64,000 nt of DNA. Source: Candidatus Magasanikbacteria bacterium RIFCSPHIGHO2_01_FULL_33_34 (lineage in GTDB: Bacteria; Patescibacteriota; Patescibacteriia; Magasanikbacterales; UBA922). Below are positions 38,803-48,389 of the stretch, piece by piece. How positions within the stretch are numbered: the stretch's first letter is position 1; every line of letters starts with the position of its first letter. A program made the position numbers and the translations under genes. The DNA lies in the NCBI GenBank assembly GCA_001782825.1, contig MFPS01000008.1, positions 73,012-137,011 of the forward strand, written 5' to 3'. Under the pieces are notes generated by a model. The model was not told where the DNA came from. It was given only the letters and a program-made list of their open reading frames with translations, and did no database searches.

Positions 38803-39402
38803 ATGAATAATACAAACAAAGGTTTTAGCACTTTAGCTACAATTGGCATGGTTGTTTTGGTGTTGATTATAGTTGGTTCTTTTTATTATGCTTCAAATAG
38901 TACTAATTTGGTAGATAAAGAATCTATTTCATTAAATGAAAATAAGGAAAATGTAGTAGTCAATGATGAGGATAATACTATAATTGATATTGATAGTGAA
39001 ATGACAGAAGATAAAATATCAGATTTGTTTTATTCAGGAAAAGTTTTAGCTGGTAATAGTTCTAAATTGATTGATTTTAATAAAAGTGATTATGAGAAAG
39101 CAATTGCTTCAGATAAAGTGGTTATATTATATTTTTATGCTAGTTGGTGTCCAATTTGTCAGGCTGAATTTCCAAAAATGCAACAGGCATTTGATAGCTT
39201 GAGTACTGACAAGGTCGTAGGGTTTCGTGTGAATTATAATGATAGTGATACTGATGATTATGAAAAGAATTTGGCTAGACAGTTTGGAGTACCTTATCAG
39301 CATACAAAAATATTTATAAAAAATGGTGAGAGAGTTTTGAAGTCGCCAGAATCATGGAATAAAGATAAATATATAGAGGAAATAAATAAATTTATTAATT
39401 AA
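38803..39402 (+). CDS. Membrane-anchored thioredoxin-fold protein (TlpA-like thiol:disulfide oxidoreductase)
   Basis: 199 aa. N-terminal TM. W-C-P-I-C active site (YASWCPICQAEFP). Confidence 0.7.
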   Translation: MNNTNKGFSTLATIGMVVLVLIIVGSFYYASNSTNLVDKESISLNENKENVVVNDEDNTIIDIDSEMTEDKISDLFYSGKVLAGNSSKLIDFNKSDYEKAIASDKVVILYFYASWCPICQAEFPKMQQAFDSLSTDKVVGFRVNYNDSDTDDYEKNLARQFGVPYQHTKIFIKNGERVLKSPESWNKDKYIEEINKFIN

Positions 39403-39405
39403 TAT

Positions 39406-40113
39406 ATGGAGATAAACTTTTTTATTGCGTTTGTCGCTGGTGTTGTGTCATTTTTGGCACCATGTGTATTGCCTTTGATTCCTGGATTTTTGGCATATTT
39501 GGCGGGAAGTACAGTTGGTGAAGACACTCAAAAACAAAGAGTACAGATATTTGTAAATAGCATTTTTTTTGTTCTTGGTTTTTCATTTGTATTTGCATTG
39601 CTTGGGGTACTTTTGAATAGTTTGCTTGAAGCAGTGGCCTATGATGCTCAGATATGGTTGGCACGGATTGGTGGGGCTGTGATTATATTTTTTGGACTGT
39701 ATCTTACTGGTCTTATTAAAATTGATTTTCTTGAGCGTGAACACAAATTACAAGTAAAGAAAAAATTTAATTCACGATATTTAACTTCATTTGTTTTTGG
39801 GTCGGCATTTGCCGTGGGTTGGACGCCTTGTGTGGGGGCAGTACTGGGTAGTATTTTAGGATTAGCTACTAGTGCACCTGGTTCAGCTTTTGGATTATTG
39901 TTATCTTATGCAGTCGGTTTAGGAATACCATTTCTTTTGGTTGGATTGTTTACCGCTCAGGCGACAGGTTTAATCAATAAATATATAAAGTGGGTGAAGT
40001 ATATTAATATTGTATTTGGTCTGATTTTAGTTGGATTGGGAATATTGATCTTCACTATGCAATTGAGTCGTGTGGCAAATTTTGAATTTTTAAATAATAT
40101 ATTATTAAAATGA
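39406..40113 (+). CDS. ccdA: Cytochrome c-type biogenesis / thiol-disulfide electron transporter CcdA (DsbD transmembrane domain family)
   Basis: 235 aa, 6 TM. Cys in LAPCVLPLIPGF (TM1) and WTPCVGAVLG (TM4). Confidence 0.8.
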   Translation: MEINFFIAFVAGVVSFLAPCVLPLIPGFLAYLAGSTVGEDTQKQRVQIFVNSIFFVLGFSFVFALLGVLLNSLLEAVAYDAQIWLARIGGAVIIFFGLYLTGLIKIDFLEREHKLQVKKKFNSRYLTSFVFGSAFAVGWTPCVGAVLGSILGLATSAPGSAFGLLLSYAVGLGIPFLLVGLFTAQATGLINKYIKWVKYINIVFGLILVGLGILIFTMQLSRVANFEFLNNILLK

Positions 40114-41240
40114 ATAAGCAAATAAGGCTTGCGCTATTATTTATAGTTTTAGTAGCAATTGCATTGACAATTTATCTAATTGAGAGGAAAAAACCTGAAC
40201 AATTTACTATTGGTGAAATCAAAAAAATTTCTTTGCCAATTGATTATGAAAAAAAACAAGATAAAGCAGGTAAATATAAATCGGCTGTAGAATTTGTTCG
40301 TCCATCAGGATTTATTAATACTGATGAGTTTGCGCTTGAAGATTTGATTGGTAAGAAAGTAATTTTGATAGATTTTTGGACATATAGTTGTATAAATTGT
40401 CAAAGGACTTTGCCATATTTGAATGCTTGGCATCAAAAATATCAAGATATGGGACTGGAAATTGTGGGTGTGCATACACCGGAGTTTGATTTTGAAAAAG
40501 ATAGAAATAATGTAGTAACTGCCGCTGAAAAATATGGGGTAAAACATAAAATTGTTCAAGACAATGAATATGGCACATGGCGTGCCTATAACAATCGTTA
40601 TTGGCCAGCAAAATATTTGATTGATATAGATGGATATATTGTATTTGAGCATTTTGGTGAGGGGATGTATGAAGAAACTGAAGCCAAGATCGTTGAGTTG
40701 TTGAATGAAAGGAAAGAAAGGTTAGGAGAAGACATGGTTGCTTTTAATAAGACTGAAATTCAGAATGAAAAAAATAAAAAAGGTGGGCAAGTATATACTC
40801 CAGAAACATATTTAGGTTATTCTAGATTAAAAGCGATTGCAAATTTACCATCGACTCTTTGTCTTGGTAAGGAATGTGAATATACAAAATTAGATTCATT
40901 ATTTATTAATACTTTTGCATTGGATGGCAAATGGGGAATATGGCCAGAATATATTGAGCTTGCAGAAGGTGTGGGATCAATAATATTGAGATTTTCGGCT
41001 GATACAGTAAATTTGGTGGCTGGTAGTGGTGACAGTGGGGTCGTAAAAGCAGAAATTTATTTGGATGGAACACTGGTGTCAGATAGTATGGCTGGTATTG
41101 CAGTTGATAATGGAGTCGTCAATTTTGGAGAATATGATTTGTATAATTTGATTGATTTGAGAGGGGATTATGGAGAGCATACTTTGGAGATCAAAGTATT
41201 AGAACCGGGATTTGAAGCTTATGCTTTTACTTTTGGTTAA
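40110..41240 (+). CDS. Membrane-anchored thioredoxin-fold protein (redoxin/ResA-like, C-I-N-C) fused to a roughly 180-aa C-terminal beta-rich domain
   Basis: 376 aa. N-terminal TM, WTYSCINCQRTLPYL, the redoxin motif GVHTPEFDFEKD, and a C-terminal domain of unknown function. Confidence 0.7.
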   Translation: MNKQIRLALLFIVLVAIALTIYLIERKKPEQFTIGEIKKISLPIDYEKKQDKAGKYKSAVEFVRPSGFINTDEFALEDLIGKKVILIDFWTYSCINCQRTLPYLNAWHQKYQDMGLEIVGVHTPEFDFEKDRNNVVTAAEKYGVKHKIVQDNEYGTWRAYNNRYWPAKYLIDIDGYIVFEHFGEGMYEETEAKIVELLNERKERLGEDMVAFNKTEIQNEKNKKGGQVYTPETYLGYSRLKAIANLPSTLCLGKECEYTKLDSLFINTFALDGKWGIWPEYIELAEGVGSIILRFSADTVNLVAGSGDSGVVKAEIYLDGTLVSDSMAGIAVDNGVVNFGEYDLYNLIDLRGDYGEHTLEIKVLEPGFEAYAFTFG

Positions 41241-41266
41241 TAAATAAAAAGATTAATAATTGATTA

Positions 41267-41295
41267 TTGACAGAGGAATAATACTTTGGTATATT
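41267..41295 (+). promoter_or_regulatory. Putative promoter TTGACA, 17 bp, TATATT (with TGn) for the 41322 gene
   Basis: TTGACAgaggaataatactttggTATATT, followed by Shine-Dalgarno AAGGAGG 8 nt before the ATG. Confidence 0.45.
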
Positions 41296-41321
41296 TTGTT
41301 TAGTCTACCAAGGAGGTTCAC

Positions 41322-41636
41322 ATGTTGCCAAATAAGTCAATTGATAATGTCAAATTGCATAAAGATGTTGTAAGGGGTATGGTCAAAGCTATTCTATTTT
41401 TCTTGGATAATGAAAAAGCAAGCTTAGGAGAAATTCAAGATGCTGCTTATCAAGGCATAATGGATGAAGCAAAAACTTTTGTAGAGGAATTTGTAAAAGA
41501 TGGTCTGGGTCAGATGGCAGAAAGACTACAAATTCCAGTAAAAAATGGTGATTATTCCATACTTTGGATATGTACCAATGCTCTTTTGTATCACTATGGA
41601 TATGATAAGGTAGAACCAGTTGATGTAGAATTATGA
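41322..41636 (+). CDS. Hypothetical protein (104 aa)
   Basis: Good Shine-Dalgarno and promoter, followed by a tandem-hairpin terminator. No recognised motif. Confidence 0.45.
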   Translation: MLPNKSIDNVKLHKDVVRGMVKAILFFLDNEKASLGEIQDAAYQGIMDEAKTFVEEFVKDGLGQMAERLQIPVKNGDYSILWICTNALLYHYGYDKVEPVDVEL

Positions 41637-41649
41637 GTTGAATTTATTT

Positions 41650-41705
41650 GTGCCATACTATATTGTATGGCACAGACCTGCGGAATATTTCGCGGGTTTT
41701 GTTTT
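41650..41705 (+). terminator. Tandem hairpins (GTGCCATAC-N6-GTATGGCAC, then CCTGCG-N8-CGCGGG-TTTTGTTTT)
   Basis: A 9-bp perfect stem followed by a GC hairpin and a T-tract, seen directly. Confidence 0.6.
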
Positions 41706-41796
41706 ATATTTGTATATTATCAAATTATATAATAGTGATTATTTGATAACTTTTTATATATTTGATAAGATAATTTTACAATATTAATTATAAAAT

Positions 41797-42738
41797 ATGT
41801 CTGAGAAAAATGAATTTATACATTTGCCTGATACTCAAGTAACTATTGATTCTGCAGTATCATTAGAAGAAAAATTATCCAAAAGACAAGAAGGAAGGAT
41901 AAGATATAAACAATATTTTGATGGATTATTAAATAGGGTATTAATAAATATAGAAGATGGAAGTTTAGTAGAAGAATATTATGAAGATTTGGAAGTTATA
42001 AGAGATTTTGGTGAAAAAAATAGGAAATCATATATAGAACAAGGAGCAGAATTTGTAGTGGATATTTATAGTAAGAATATTGATACAATAATATTTATAG
42101 ATAGAAGTGCTAGACCATTAGCTGGTTTTTTTAGAGAAATTTGGAGAAGAATTTATCCAGATAAAAAAATACCAGAAATGAAATTTATTCTTATAAACAT
42201 ACTTCATGGTATATCCACTGATCCTGATAAGATTAGAGAAACTTTTAATAATTTTAAGGGAGATTTTAATGGTAAAAAAGTTCTTATAGTAGACGAGATT
42301 GTTGAATCTGGTGAGACTATTCAATATACGTCTGATGCAATGAGTGATGCTTTCCCTGGTATAGATGAAATTTTTTTAGGTGCAATGTATGATAGTAGTA
42401 GTTTTGATGATAAAAAAGACAATCATAGTGTTAATTTATTAGATATTGCACCACCAAAAGGTTCTGGTGAATACAAAAATAGCGATAAATTAGGGGCTGT
42501 ATTATTTGGAAAAACAAAAGAAATTACAGAGCCAAAAGATGCAGTTTTAGGTGGGGTAGATAGGAGTATTCCAGCTTCTGAAACATTTAAAAGTCGTTTA
42601 TTGCAGGTCGGTAAATGGGAAACATTGGAAGACAATTCAATTAATAGAATGAATGAAAAAATTGAGAATGAAACAGATGATAAAAAAAGAGACAGATTAG
42701 AAAAAATTCGTGAAGCTTATATAAAGTTACAGGAATAA
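41797..42738 (+). CDS. Phosphoribosyltransferase (PRT type I) domain protein with atypical N- and C-terminal extensions
   Basis: 313 aa. PRPP-binding loop KKVLIVDEIVESGETIQYT. No match to a specific PRT family by eye. Confidence 0.55.
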   Translation: MSEKNEFIHLPDTQVTIDSAVSLEEKLSKRQEGRIRYKQYFDGLLNRVLINIEDGSLVEEYYEDLEVIRDFGEKNRKSYIEQGAEFVVDIYSKNIDTIIFIDRSARPLAGFFREIWRRIYPDKKIPEMKFILINILHGISTDPDKIRETFNNFKGDFNGKKVLIVDEIVESGETIQYTSDAMSDAFPGIDEIFLGAMYDSSSFDDKKDNHSVNLLDIAPPKGSGEYKNSDKLGAVLFGKTKEITEPKDAVLGGVDRSIPASETFKSRLLQVGKWETLEDNSINRMNEKIENETDDKKRDRLEKIREAYIKLQE

Positions 42739-42978
42739 ATTAAATAAAAACATAGTTAGTAAAACTATGTTTTTTATTTGGTGAGCCGTTTGGGTTTTCG
42801 TTGGAATATTATAGAGAATATGGTCCAGAAATGTAATAAGGTTTTTAAAAGCTTTGTTTTTAATTTGTGAACATACTGTCAAAATTATGGAATATTACTA
42901 AGAGTAGAAGTAGAGAGGTGGAATAGTATTATTAAGTTATTGTAATTTTACTGTTATTACTGTCATTTATACAAGAAA

Positions 42979-43007
42979 TTGACATTACCAAAAAATGGCT
43001 GTATAAT
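42979..43007 (+). promoter_or_regulatory. Putative promoter TTGACA, 17 bp, TATAAT for the 43011/43035 gene
   Basis: TTGACAttaccaaaaaatggctgTATAAT. The -10 ends 3 nt before the annotated ATG, so the true start is probably Met9 (43035) or the mRNA is leaderless. Confidence 0.45.
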
Positions 43008-43010
43008 ATT

Positions 43011-43313
43011 ATGTACATAAGAAATACAAATTGTATGAGTGAAAAAATCTTAGAGAAAATTTTAAATAAATTAAATAAGTTAGAAAGTACTGTAGATACT
43101 ATTGCAATTGAAGTTGTTGATATGAAAGAACAATTGAAAAATACTACAACTAAAGAAGATTTAACACAAGTAAAGAGTAATATTCTTGGAGAATTAGATA
43201 GTTTTGTTAAATTACATGAAACATTAGATCAAGAATCTGCTGCATTGAAAAATAGCCATTCTCGTTTGGAAGAAAGAGTAACTGTGGTAGAAAAAAAGTT
43301 ACAAACAGCTTAA
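43011..43313 (+). CDS. Hypothetical coiled-coil protein (100 aa; start possibly at 43035)
   Basis: Heptad-rich, charged, no motif. Followed by a strong terminator. Confidence 0.45.
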   Translation: MYIRNTNCMSEKILEKILNKLNKLESTVDTIAIEVVDMKEQLKNTTTKEDLTQVKSNILGELDSFVKLHETLDQESAALKNSHSRLEERVTVVEKKLQTA

Positions 43314-43329
43314 TAAAGAAATAAAATTA

Positions 43330-43363
43330 AAAAACCACTTGTTTCAAAATAAGTGGTTTTTTT
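43330..43363. terminator. Bidirectional terminator (CCACTT-N10-AAGTGG plus T7)
   Basis: aaaaaCCACTTgtttcaaaatAAGTGGttttttt. It also follows the 3' end of the minus-strand tRNA-Lys. Confidence 0.6.
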
Positions 43364-43366
43364 GTG

Positions 43367-43439
43367 TGACTCGGCTGGGGATTGAACCCAGGACCGTCAG
43401 CTTAAAAGGCTGCTGCTCTACCGGCTGAGCTACCGAGTC
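43367..43439 (-). tRNA. tRNA-Lys(UUU)
   Basis: The minus strand reads GACUCGGUAGCUCAGCCGGUAGAGCAGCAGCCUUUUAAGCUGACGGUCCUGGGUUCAAUCCCCAGCCGAGUCA. Anticodon loop CUUUUAA, T-arm CUGGG-UUCAAUC-CCCAG. Confidence 0.85.
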
Positions 43440-43606
43440 ATTTTAGGGTAAAAATTGTATAAAATATAGTTCAATTTTTTACTTTATGTATTGAAGTAAA
43501 TTTTGAATTATACTTTATAATTAACAGTCAATATGATATACTATTTTTAAAGATTAGTCAATAGAAAGTGGATAATATCCGCTTTGTTAGCATAATTTAA
43601 TAACTT

Positions 43607-46282
43607 ATGTTGTATCATAGTAAGAGTGTAGCAGATGTGTTAAAAGAAATGCAAAGTGGTAATGGTGGTTTAGATGATGAAGCGGTTAAGAAAAAATTAA
43701 ATAAGTTTGGTTCAAATAGTTTACCAAAGTCTAGTGATAATGCGAATAGGTTCAAAATATTATTGGAACAATTTAAGAGTCCGCTTATTTTTATATTGAT
43801 AATAGCAGGCTCTATTTCTGGTTTTTTACAGGAATATATTGATATGGCTGTTATTTTTATAACAGTTGGTATCAATACAATAATTGGTTTTATACAAGAA
43901 GACAAAGCCAATCAAGCACTTAAAAAACTTCGTTCAATGATAGAGTATAGCGCAGTCGTTTTGCGTGGTGGTAAACCAATGCAGGTGAAGAGCGATGATA
44001 TAGTCCCTGGGGATATTCTTATTCTTGAAGCTGGTGATAAAATTCAGGCAGATGGTAGAATCATGACTTCAATTGATTTTGAGACCAATGAAGCATCTCT
44101 TACAGGTGAGTCTGAACCAAATAAAAAGAGTAATAGAATTTTGAAAGAAGATATTACTGTAGCTGACAGAAGTAATATGGTATACAAAGGTACAGTTGTT
44201 CTTAGTGGACGGGCAAAAGTGGTAGTTACAGCAACTGGAAAAAATACAGAAATTGGTAAAATTGCTTCTTTGGTAAAAGAAACAAAAGAAGAAAGAACTC
44301 CACTACAAATTCAGTTGGCTAAGTTGGGGCATCAATTGGCAGTTTTGGTTTTGATTTTGTCAGTTATGATATTTATTTTAGGTGCATTTTTTGGTAATGG
44401 TGAGAGTTTGTTTCATATTTTTGAAGTAACAGTGGCCGTGGCAGTGGCAGCTATACCAGAAGGGCTTGTAATAACGATGACAGTAATATTGGCAGTTGGT
44501 ATGCGTTTTATACTCAAACAAAGAGCATTAGTAAGGAAATTGGTGGCTGCAGAAACTTTGGGTTCGGTTTCGGTTATATGTACAGATAAAACTGGTACAA
44601 TTACAGAAGGAAAGATGAGATTGACCAATTTGATTACTAGCAAAGATGATCTGGATTTTGAAGAGTTAAAAACTTTAAATTTGACCAAAGATGAAAAACA
44701 TAAGGAAGCTTTATTTGCTTTGCGTATTGGTGTTTTGGCAAATGATGGAATTTTGGAAAATAGTCATGAAGAGGAAGAAAAATGGAAGATGGTTGGAGAT
44801 ACAACCGATTTGGCATTTTTGCATATGGGAGCGGTAGTAGGTTTGCACAAGGATAATTTAGACGAAACAACTGAAAGAATTGATGAAGTCCCTTTTTCTA
44901 GTGAAAGAAAATATATTGCTACCATGCATCACATTGACAATCAATATGTAGTTTATACAAAAGGGGCGCCAGAAGTTTTATTAAAGAGATGTAAATATTA
45001 TGAGGACGATGGAAAGACAAAGACAATGACCAAAGCTAAAAAAGATTTTTTTCAAGAGAAGATAGATGATTTGACTGATAATGGCTTGCGCGTATTGGCT
45101 ATTGCTTATAAAAGGATTGGAGATGAAAAAATAAAATTGAATGATAAAGAAATAGATGATTTAAATTTTGTAGCGGTAATTGGGTTGTCTGATCCGATTA
45201 GGCCAGATGTAAAAGAAACTATAGCCTTATCGCACAAGGCAAAAATTAAAACAGTAATGATAACTGGCGATCATATAAAGACTGCTCAATTTATTGCTAA
45301 ACAAATTGGTTTGTCTGATAAAAAAGAACAAATTTTTGATGGACAACATTTAGAAAGTATAACCGATGAAGAGTTGGTTGCAGAAGTGAAACATATATCA
45401 ATATTTGCCAGAGTTGATCCTGTACACAAAATTAGGATTGTTCGCGCTTTGCAAGCAAATGGAGAGGTGGTGGCGATGACAGGTGATGGTGTTAATGATG
45501 CCCCAGCTCTCAAAGCAGCAGATATTGGGATTGCGCTTGGTTCTGGTACTGATGTTGCCAAAGAAATTGCTGATGTAGTTTTATTAGATGATGCTTATAG
45601 TACAATTGTAAAAGCTGTGGAAGAAGGTCGTGGAATTTATCAAAATGTAAAAAAAGTTATTTTGTATTTGTTGGCAAGTAGTTTTGCCGAAGTTGGTTTA
45701 GTTGGTTTAAGTTTATTATTTAGATTGCCATTGGCAGTTTTGCCGGCACAGATTTTGTGGGTAAATGTTTTGGAGGATTCTTTTCCAAATATGGCTTTGG
45801 CTTTTGATAAGGGAGATAAAGAAAATATGCAAGAAGGACCAAGAGACCGTAATGAGCCAATACTTGATTCAGAGATGAAGATTATGATCGCGATTGTCAG
45901 TATAATTTCTAATTTGGTATTATTTGGATTATATGTATATTTGTTGCAGGCAATAGATGATTTTGTTTATGTACGTACGATGATGTTTGTCGGGCTTGGT
46001 ATTGCTTCTCTTATATATATTTATTCAATACGAAGTATGCGACATATGGTTTGGCAGAAAAATCCATTTAGCAATAATTACTTAAATTTAGCTTTATTTG
46101 TTGGTTGGGTGATGTTGGTAGGAGCAGTGCATTGGGGGCCTTTGCAAGTCTTGTTGCGTACAGTTGATTTGAGCTTTACTGCTTGGGGAGTTATGTTTAT
46201 GTTTGGACTATTGAATATGGCTGTAATTGAAATTGTAAAGTTTATTTTCTTGGTAAGAAAAAATAAATTAAAATTAATCTAA
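43607..46282 (+). CDS. P-type cation-transporting ATPase (P2-type, Ca2+/Mg2+ family)
   Basis: 891 aa. Phosphorylation site ICTDKTGTITEGKM, TGES, MITGDH, and GDGVNDAPALKAADIGIA, with 10 TM. Confidence 0.9.
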   Translation: MLYHSKSVADVLKEMQSGNGGLDDEAVKKKLNKFGSNSLPKSSDNANRFKILLEQFKSPLIFILIIAGSISGFLQEYIDMAVIFITVGINTIIGFIQEDKANQALKKLRSMIEYSAVVLRGGKPMQVKSDDIVPGDILILEAGDKIQADGRIMTSIDFETNEASLTGESEPNKKSNRILKEDITVADRSNMVYKGTVVLSGRAKVVVTATGKNTEIGKIASLVKETKEERTPLQIQLAKLGHQLAVLVLILSVMIFILGAFFGNGESLFHIFEVTVAVAVAAIPEGLVITMTVILAVGMRFILKQRALVRKLVAAETLGSVSVICTDKTGTITEGKMRLTNLITSKDDLDFEELKTLNLTKDEKHKEALFALRIGVLANDGILENSHEEEEKWKMVGDTTDLAFLHMGAVVGLHKDNLDETTERIDEVPFSSERKYIATMHHIDNQYVVYTKGAPEVLLKRCKYYEDDGKTKTMTKAKKDFFQEKIDDLTDNGLRVLAIAYKRIGDEKIKLNDKEIDDLNFVAVIGLSDPIRPDVKETIALSHKAKIKTVMITGDHIKTAQFIAKQIGLSDKKEQIFDGQHLESITDEELVAEVKHISIFARVDPVHKIRIVRALQANGEVVAMTGDGVNDAPALKAADIGIALGSGTDVAKEIADVVLLDDAYSTIVKAVEEGRGIYQNVKKVILYLLASSFAEVGLVGLSLLFRLPLAVLPAQILWVNVLEDSFPNMALAFDKGDKENMQEGPRDRNEPILDSEMKIMIAIVSIISNLVLFGLYVYLLQAIDDFVYVRTMMFVGLGIASLIYIYSIRSMRHMVWQKNPFSNNYLNLALFVGWVMLVGAVHWGPLQVLLRTVDLSFTAWGVMFMFGLLNMAVIEIVKFIFLVRKNKLKLI

Positions 46283-46287
46283 AATAT

Positions 46288-46863
46288 ATGAGTATGAATA
46301 AAGTTTTTATGGGGAAAATAAGAAAAGAGTTACATTCTTATCAATTAAAAAGAAGAGAGATAATTCGTGAATCAGGCGATGCTCTCCATTATGCTAAGCG
46401 AGCAATTTTTTCTATGCATCGTGATGATATGAATGAGGCTGAAACAAAAATAAAAGAAGCTGAAGCAATATTTAAAAAATTAAATATAAAGTTTAAAACT
46501 GATAAGAAGATTCTGTATGAAGGTTCGTATAAAGCGGCGGTAGAGGAATATGTTGAAGCTTCTATTTTTTATCAATTTATTACAACTGGAAAAATTAGTA
46601 ATATAAAGAGTTTTGCAATTGATTCGGATATTTATTTGGCTGGTCTTTGTGATGTGCCAGGAGAGCTTTATCGCTATGCTATCAAGTCTGCTACTGAGAG
46701 GAATGACGAGATGGTAAAGAAGTGTTCCAAAATGGCATCAGATATAATCGGTGAATTGATTGAGTTTGATTTGACTAGTTATTTGCGTACTAAATTTGAT
46801 CAAGCAAAACAAGCCAATCAAAAATTGGAACATGTTGTTTATGAAGTGTCGCTTATAAAGTAA
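46288..46863 (+). CDS. Translin-family protein (bacterial translin-like nucleic-acid-binding protein)
   Basis: 191 aa, all-helical. Pattern ...YKAAVEEYVEASIFYQFITTGKI...DIYLAGLCDVPGELYRYAI... matches the translin domain consensus as I recall it. Confidence 0.6.
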   Translation: MSMNKVFMGKIRKELHSYQLKRREIIRESGDALHYAKRAIFSMHRDDMNEAETKIKEAEAIFKKLNIKFKTDKKILYEGSYKAAVEEYVEASIFYQFITTGKISNIKSFAIDSDIYLAGLCDVPGELYRYAIKSATERNDEMVKKCSKMASDIIGELIEFDLTSYLRTKFDQAKQANQKLEHVVYEVSLIK

Positions 46864-46892
46864 GATATAAGTTCTATATTTTCAATCATGAC

Positions 46893-46997
46893 AGTATTAG
46901 TTTAAATTATTTATTTTTACTCATTCTCGCCTCGGCTCCGAGGGTGATGTCTGTGGAAACATCAAATCCGTAAAAACAAATAATTTAAACTAATACT
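46893..46997. repeat. Structured intergenic repeat, copy A: 28-bp AT-rich inverted arms enclosing a GC-rich core with two hairpins (CCTCGG-CT-CCGAGG and GATGT-N9-ACATC)
   Basis: Arms AGTATTAGTTTAAATTATTTATTTTTAC and GTAAAAACAAATAATTTAAACTAATACT pair at 27 of 28 positions. The core ATTCTCGCCTCGGCTCCGAGGGTGATGTCTGTGGAAACATCAAATCCG is shared with copy B. Confidence 0.6.
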
Positions 46998-47035
46998 TAA
47001 TTATAAATAACATTTCCAATTTTATAAAAAAGTTT

Positions 47036-48343
47036 ATGAATATAAAAGGAAAAGCTAAAAAAATTATACCAAAGAGCCTATTAAATTTGCGTCATTTGTT
47101 TTATGCATGGCTGGGTTCGGTTATTTATAGATGGCCGTCAAATAAAATTTATGTGATTGGGGTAACTGGAACTAGTGGTAAATCAACTACAGTATATTTG
47201 TTGCGTCAGCTTTTGGAGAGTGTGGGATACAAAGTAGGCGCATTGTCTACTATAGAATTTTGTGTAGCCGGAAAATGTAAATTGAATGATAAAAAAATGA
47301 CAATGCTAGGAAAAATGGCTATTCAAAAATATTTGAGGAAAATGGTTGATAATGATTGTAAAATTGCCATTATAGAGACTACCTCTGAGGGGCGTATACA
47401 ACATCGTCATCGTTTTATAAATTATGACACGATTGCGCTTACCAATCTTTATCCAGAGCATATTGAATCACATGGTAGTTTTGACAACTACAAAAAAGCT
47501 AAACTTGATATTTTTGAGTATGTTTCTAAATGTAAAAAGAAAAATATAAGTCTAGTGGAAAATGATAATAAATTTGAAAAAATTTCTATCCTCAATGCTG
47601 AAATTGAACATAAAAAGGAATTTTTGAAATTTGATTTTGATAAAAAAATGACTTTTGGTCACGGTGGTGAATTTGTTCCAGTGAATATAAATATTGGAAA
47701 AGATGGTTTGAGTTTTGCTATTGGTGAACACAAATTTAAAGCACCATTATTTGGTGAATATAATGTTATGAATATTTCGGCTGTGGTTACAATTGCTAGA
47801 AGCTTAGGTATAGATTGGAATATTATTACAAAAGCAGTTTCCAATTTTAGAGGAGTACCAGGTAGAATAGAATTTATTTCTGAGGCAGAAAAAGAGCATA
47901 ATTTTCAAGTAATAGTTGATTATGCCTTTGAGCCAGTAGCTATGGCAGAATTGTACAAAGTTGTAAAAATTTTACAACCAAAAAGAATTATTCATGTATT
48001 TGGCTCTACTGGCGGTGGTAGGGATACAGATAGACGAGAGAAGCTGGGGGATTTTATTGGAAAAAATGCTGACATTTGTATTGTGACAGATGAAGATCCA
48101 TATGATGATAATCCACAGGATATAATAAACGAGGTGGCAGAAGCAGTAGAAAAAACTGGCAAAAAAGAGAATGAAACTTATTTTAAAATAATTGATAGAG
48201 GTGAAGCAATAGATAAAGCAATAAAATTGGCACAAGCAGGGGATTTGGTATTGGTGACTGGTAAAGGTTCTGAGCAAGCTATGGTTGTCAAAGGGAAATT
48301 AGTGCCTTGGGATGATAGGGAGGCTGTTCGAAATGTTTTATGA
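47036..48343 (+). CDS. Mur ligase family protein (MurE-like central and C-terminal domains; short N-terminus lacking a typical UDP-MurNAc-binding domain)
   Basis: 435 aa. GVTGTSGKSTT, a Mg-binding region (TNLYPEHIESHGSFDNYKKAKLDIF), GVPGRIEF, and FGSTGGGRDTDRRE. Confidence 0.75.
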   Translation: MNIKGKAKKIIPKSLLNLRHLFYAWLGSVIYRWPSNKIYVIGVTGTSGKSTTVYLLRQLLESVGYKVGALSTIEFCVAGKCKLNDKKMTMLGKMAIQKYLRKMVDNDCKIAIIETTSEGRIQHRHRFINYDTIALTNLYPEHIESHGSFDNYKKAKLDIFEYVSKCKKKNISLVENDNKFEKISILNAEIEHKKEFLKFDFDKKMTFGHGGEFVPVNINIGKDGLSFAIGEHKFKAPLFGEYNVMNISAVVTIARSLGIDWNIITKAVSNFRGVPGRIEFISEAEKEHNFQVIVDYAFEPVAMAELYKVVKILQPKRIIHVFGSTGGGRDTDRREKLGDFIGKNADICIVTDEDPYDDNPQDIINEVAEAVEKTGKKENETYFKIIDRGEAIDKAIKLAQAGDLVLVTGKGSEQAMVVKGKLVPWDDREAVRNVL

Positions 48344-48389
48344 TATTAGATTAAGATATAATAGTATTGTTTATGCTTTAATCTATGAT

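Noticed and set aside
43441-43606. Considered a Mg2+ (M-box) or other riboswitch in the 165-nt leader of the P-type ATPase.
   Set aside because: The leader is almost pure AT with no GC-stem architecture and none of the conserved M-box segments.
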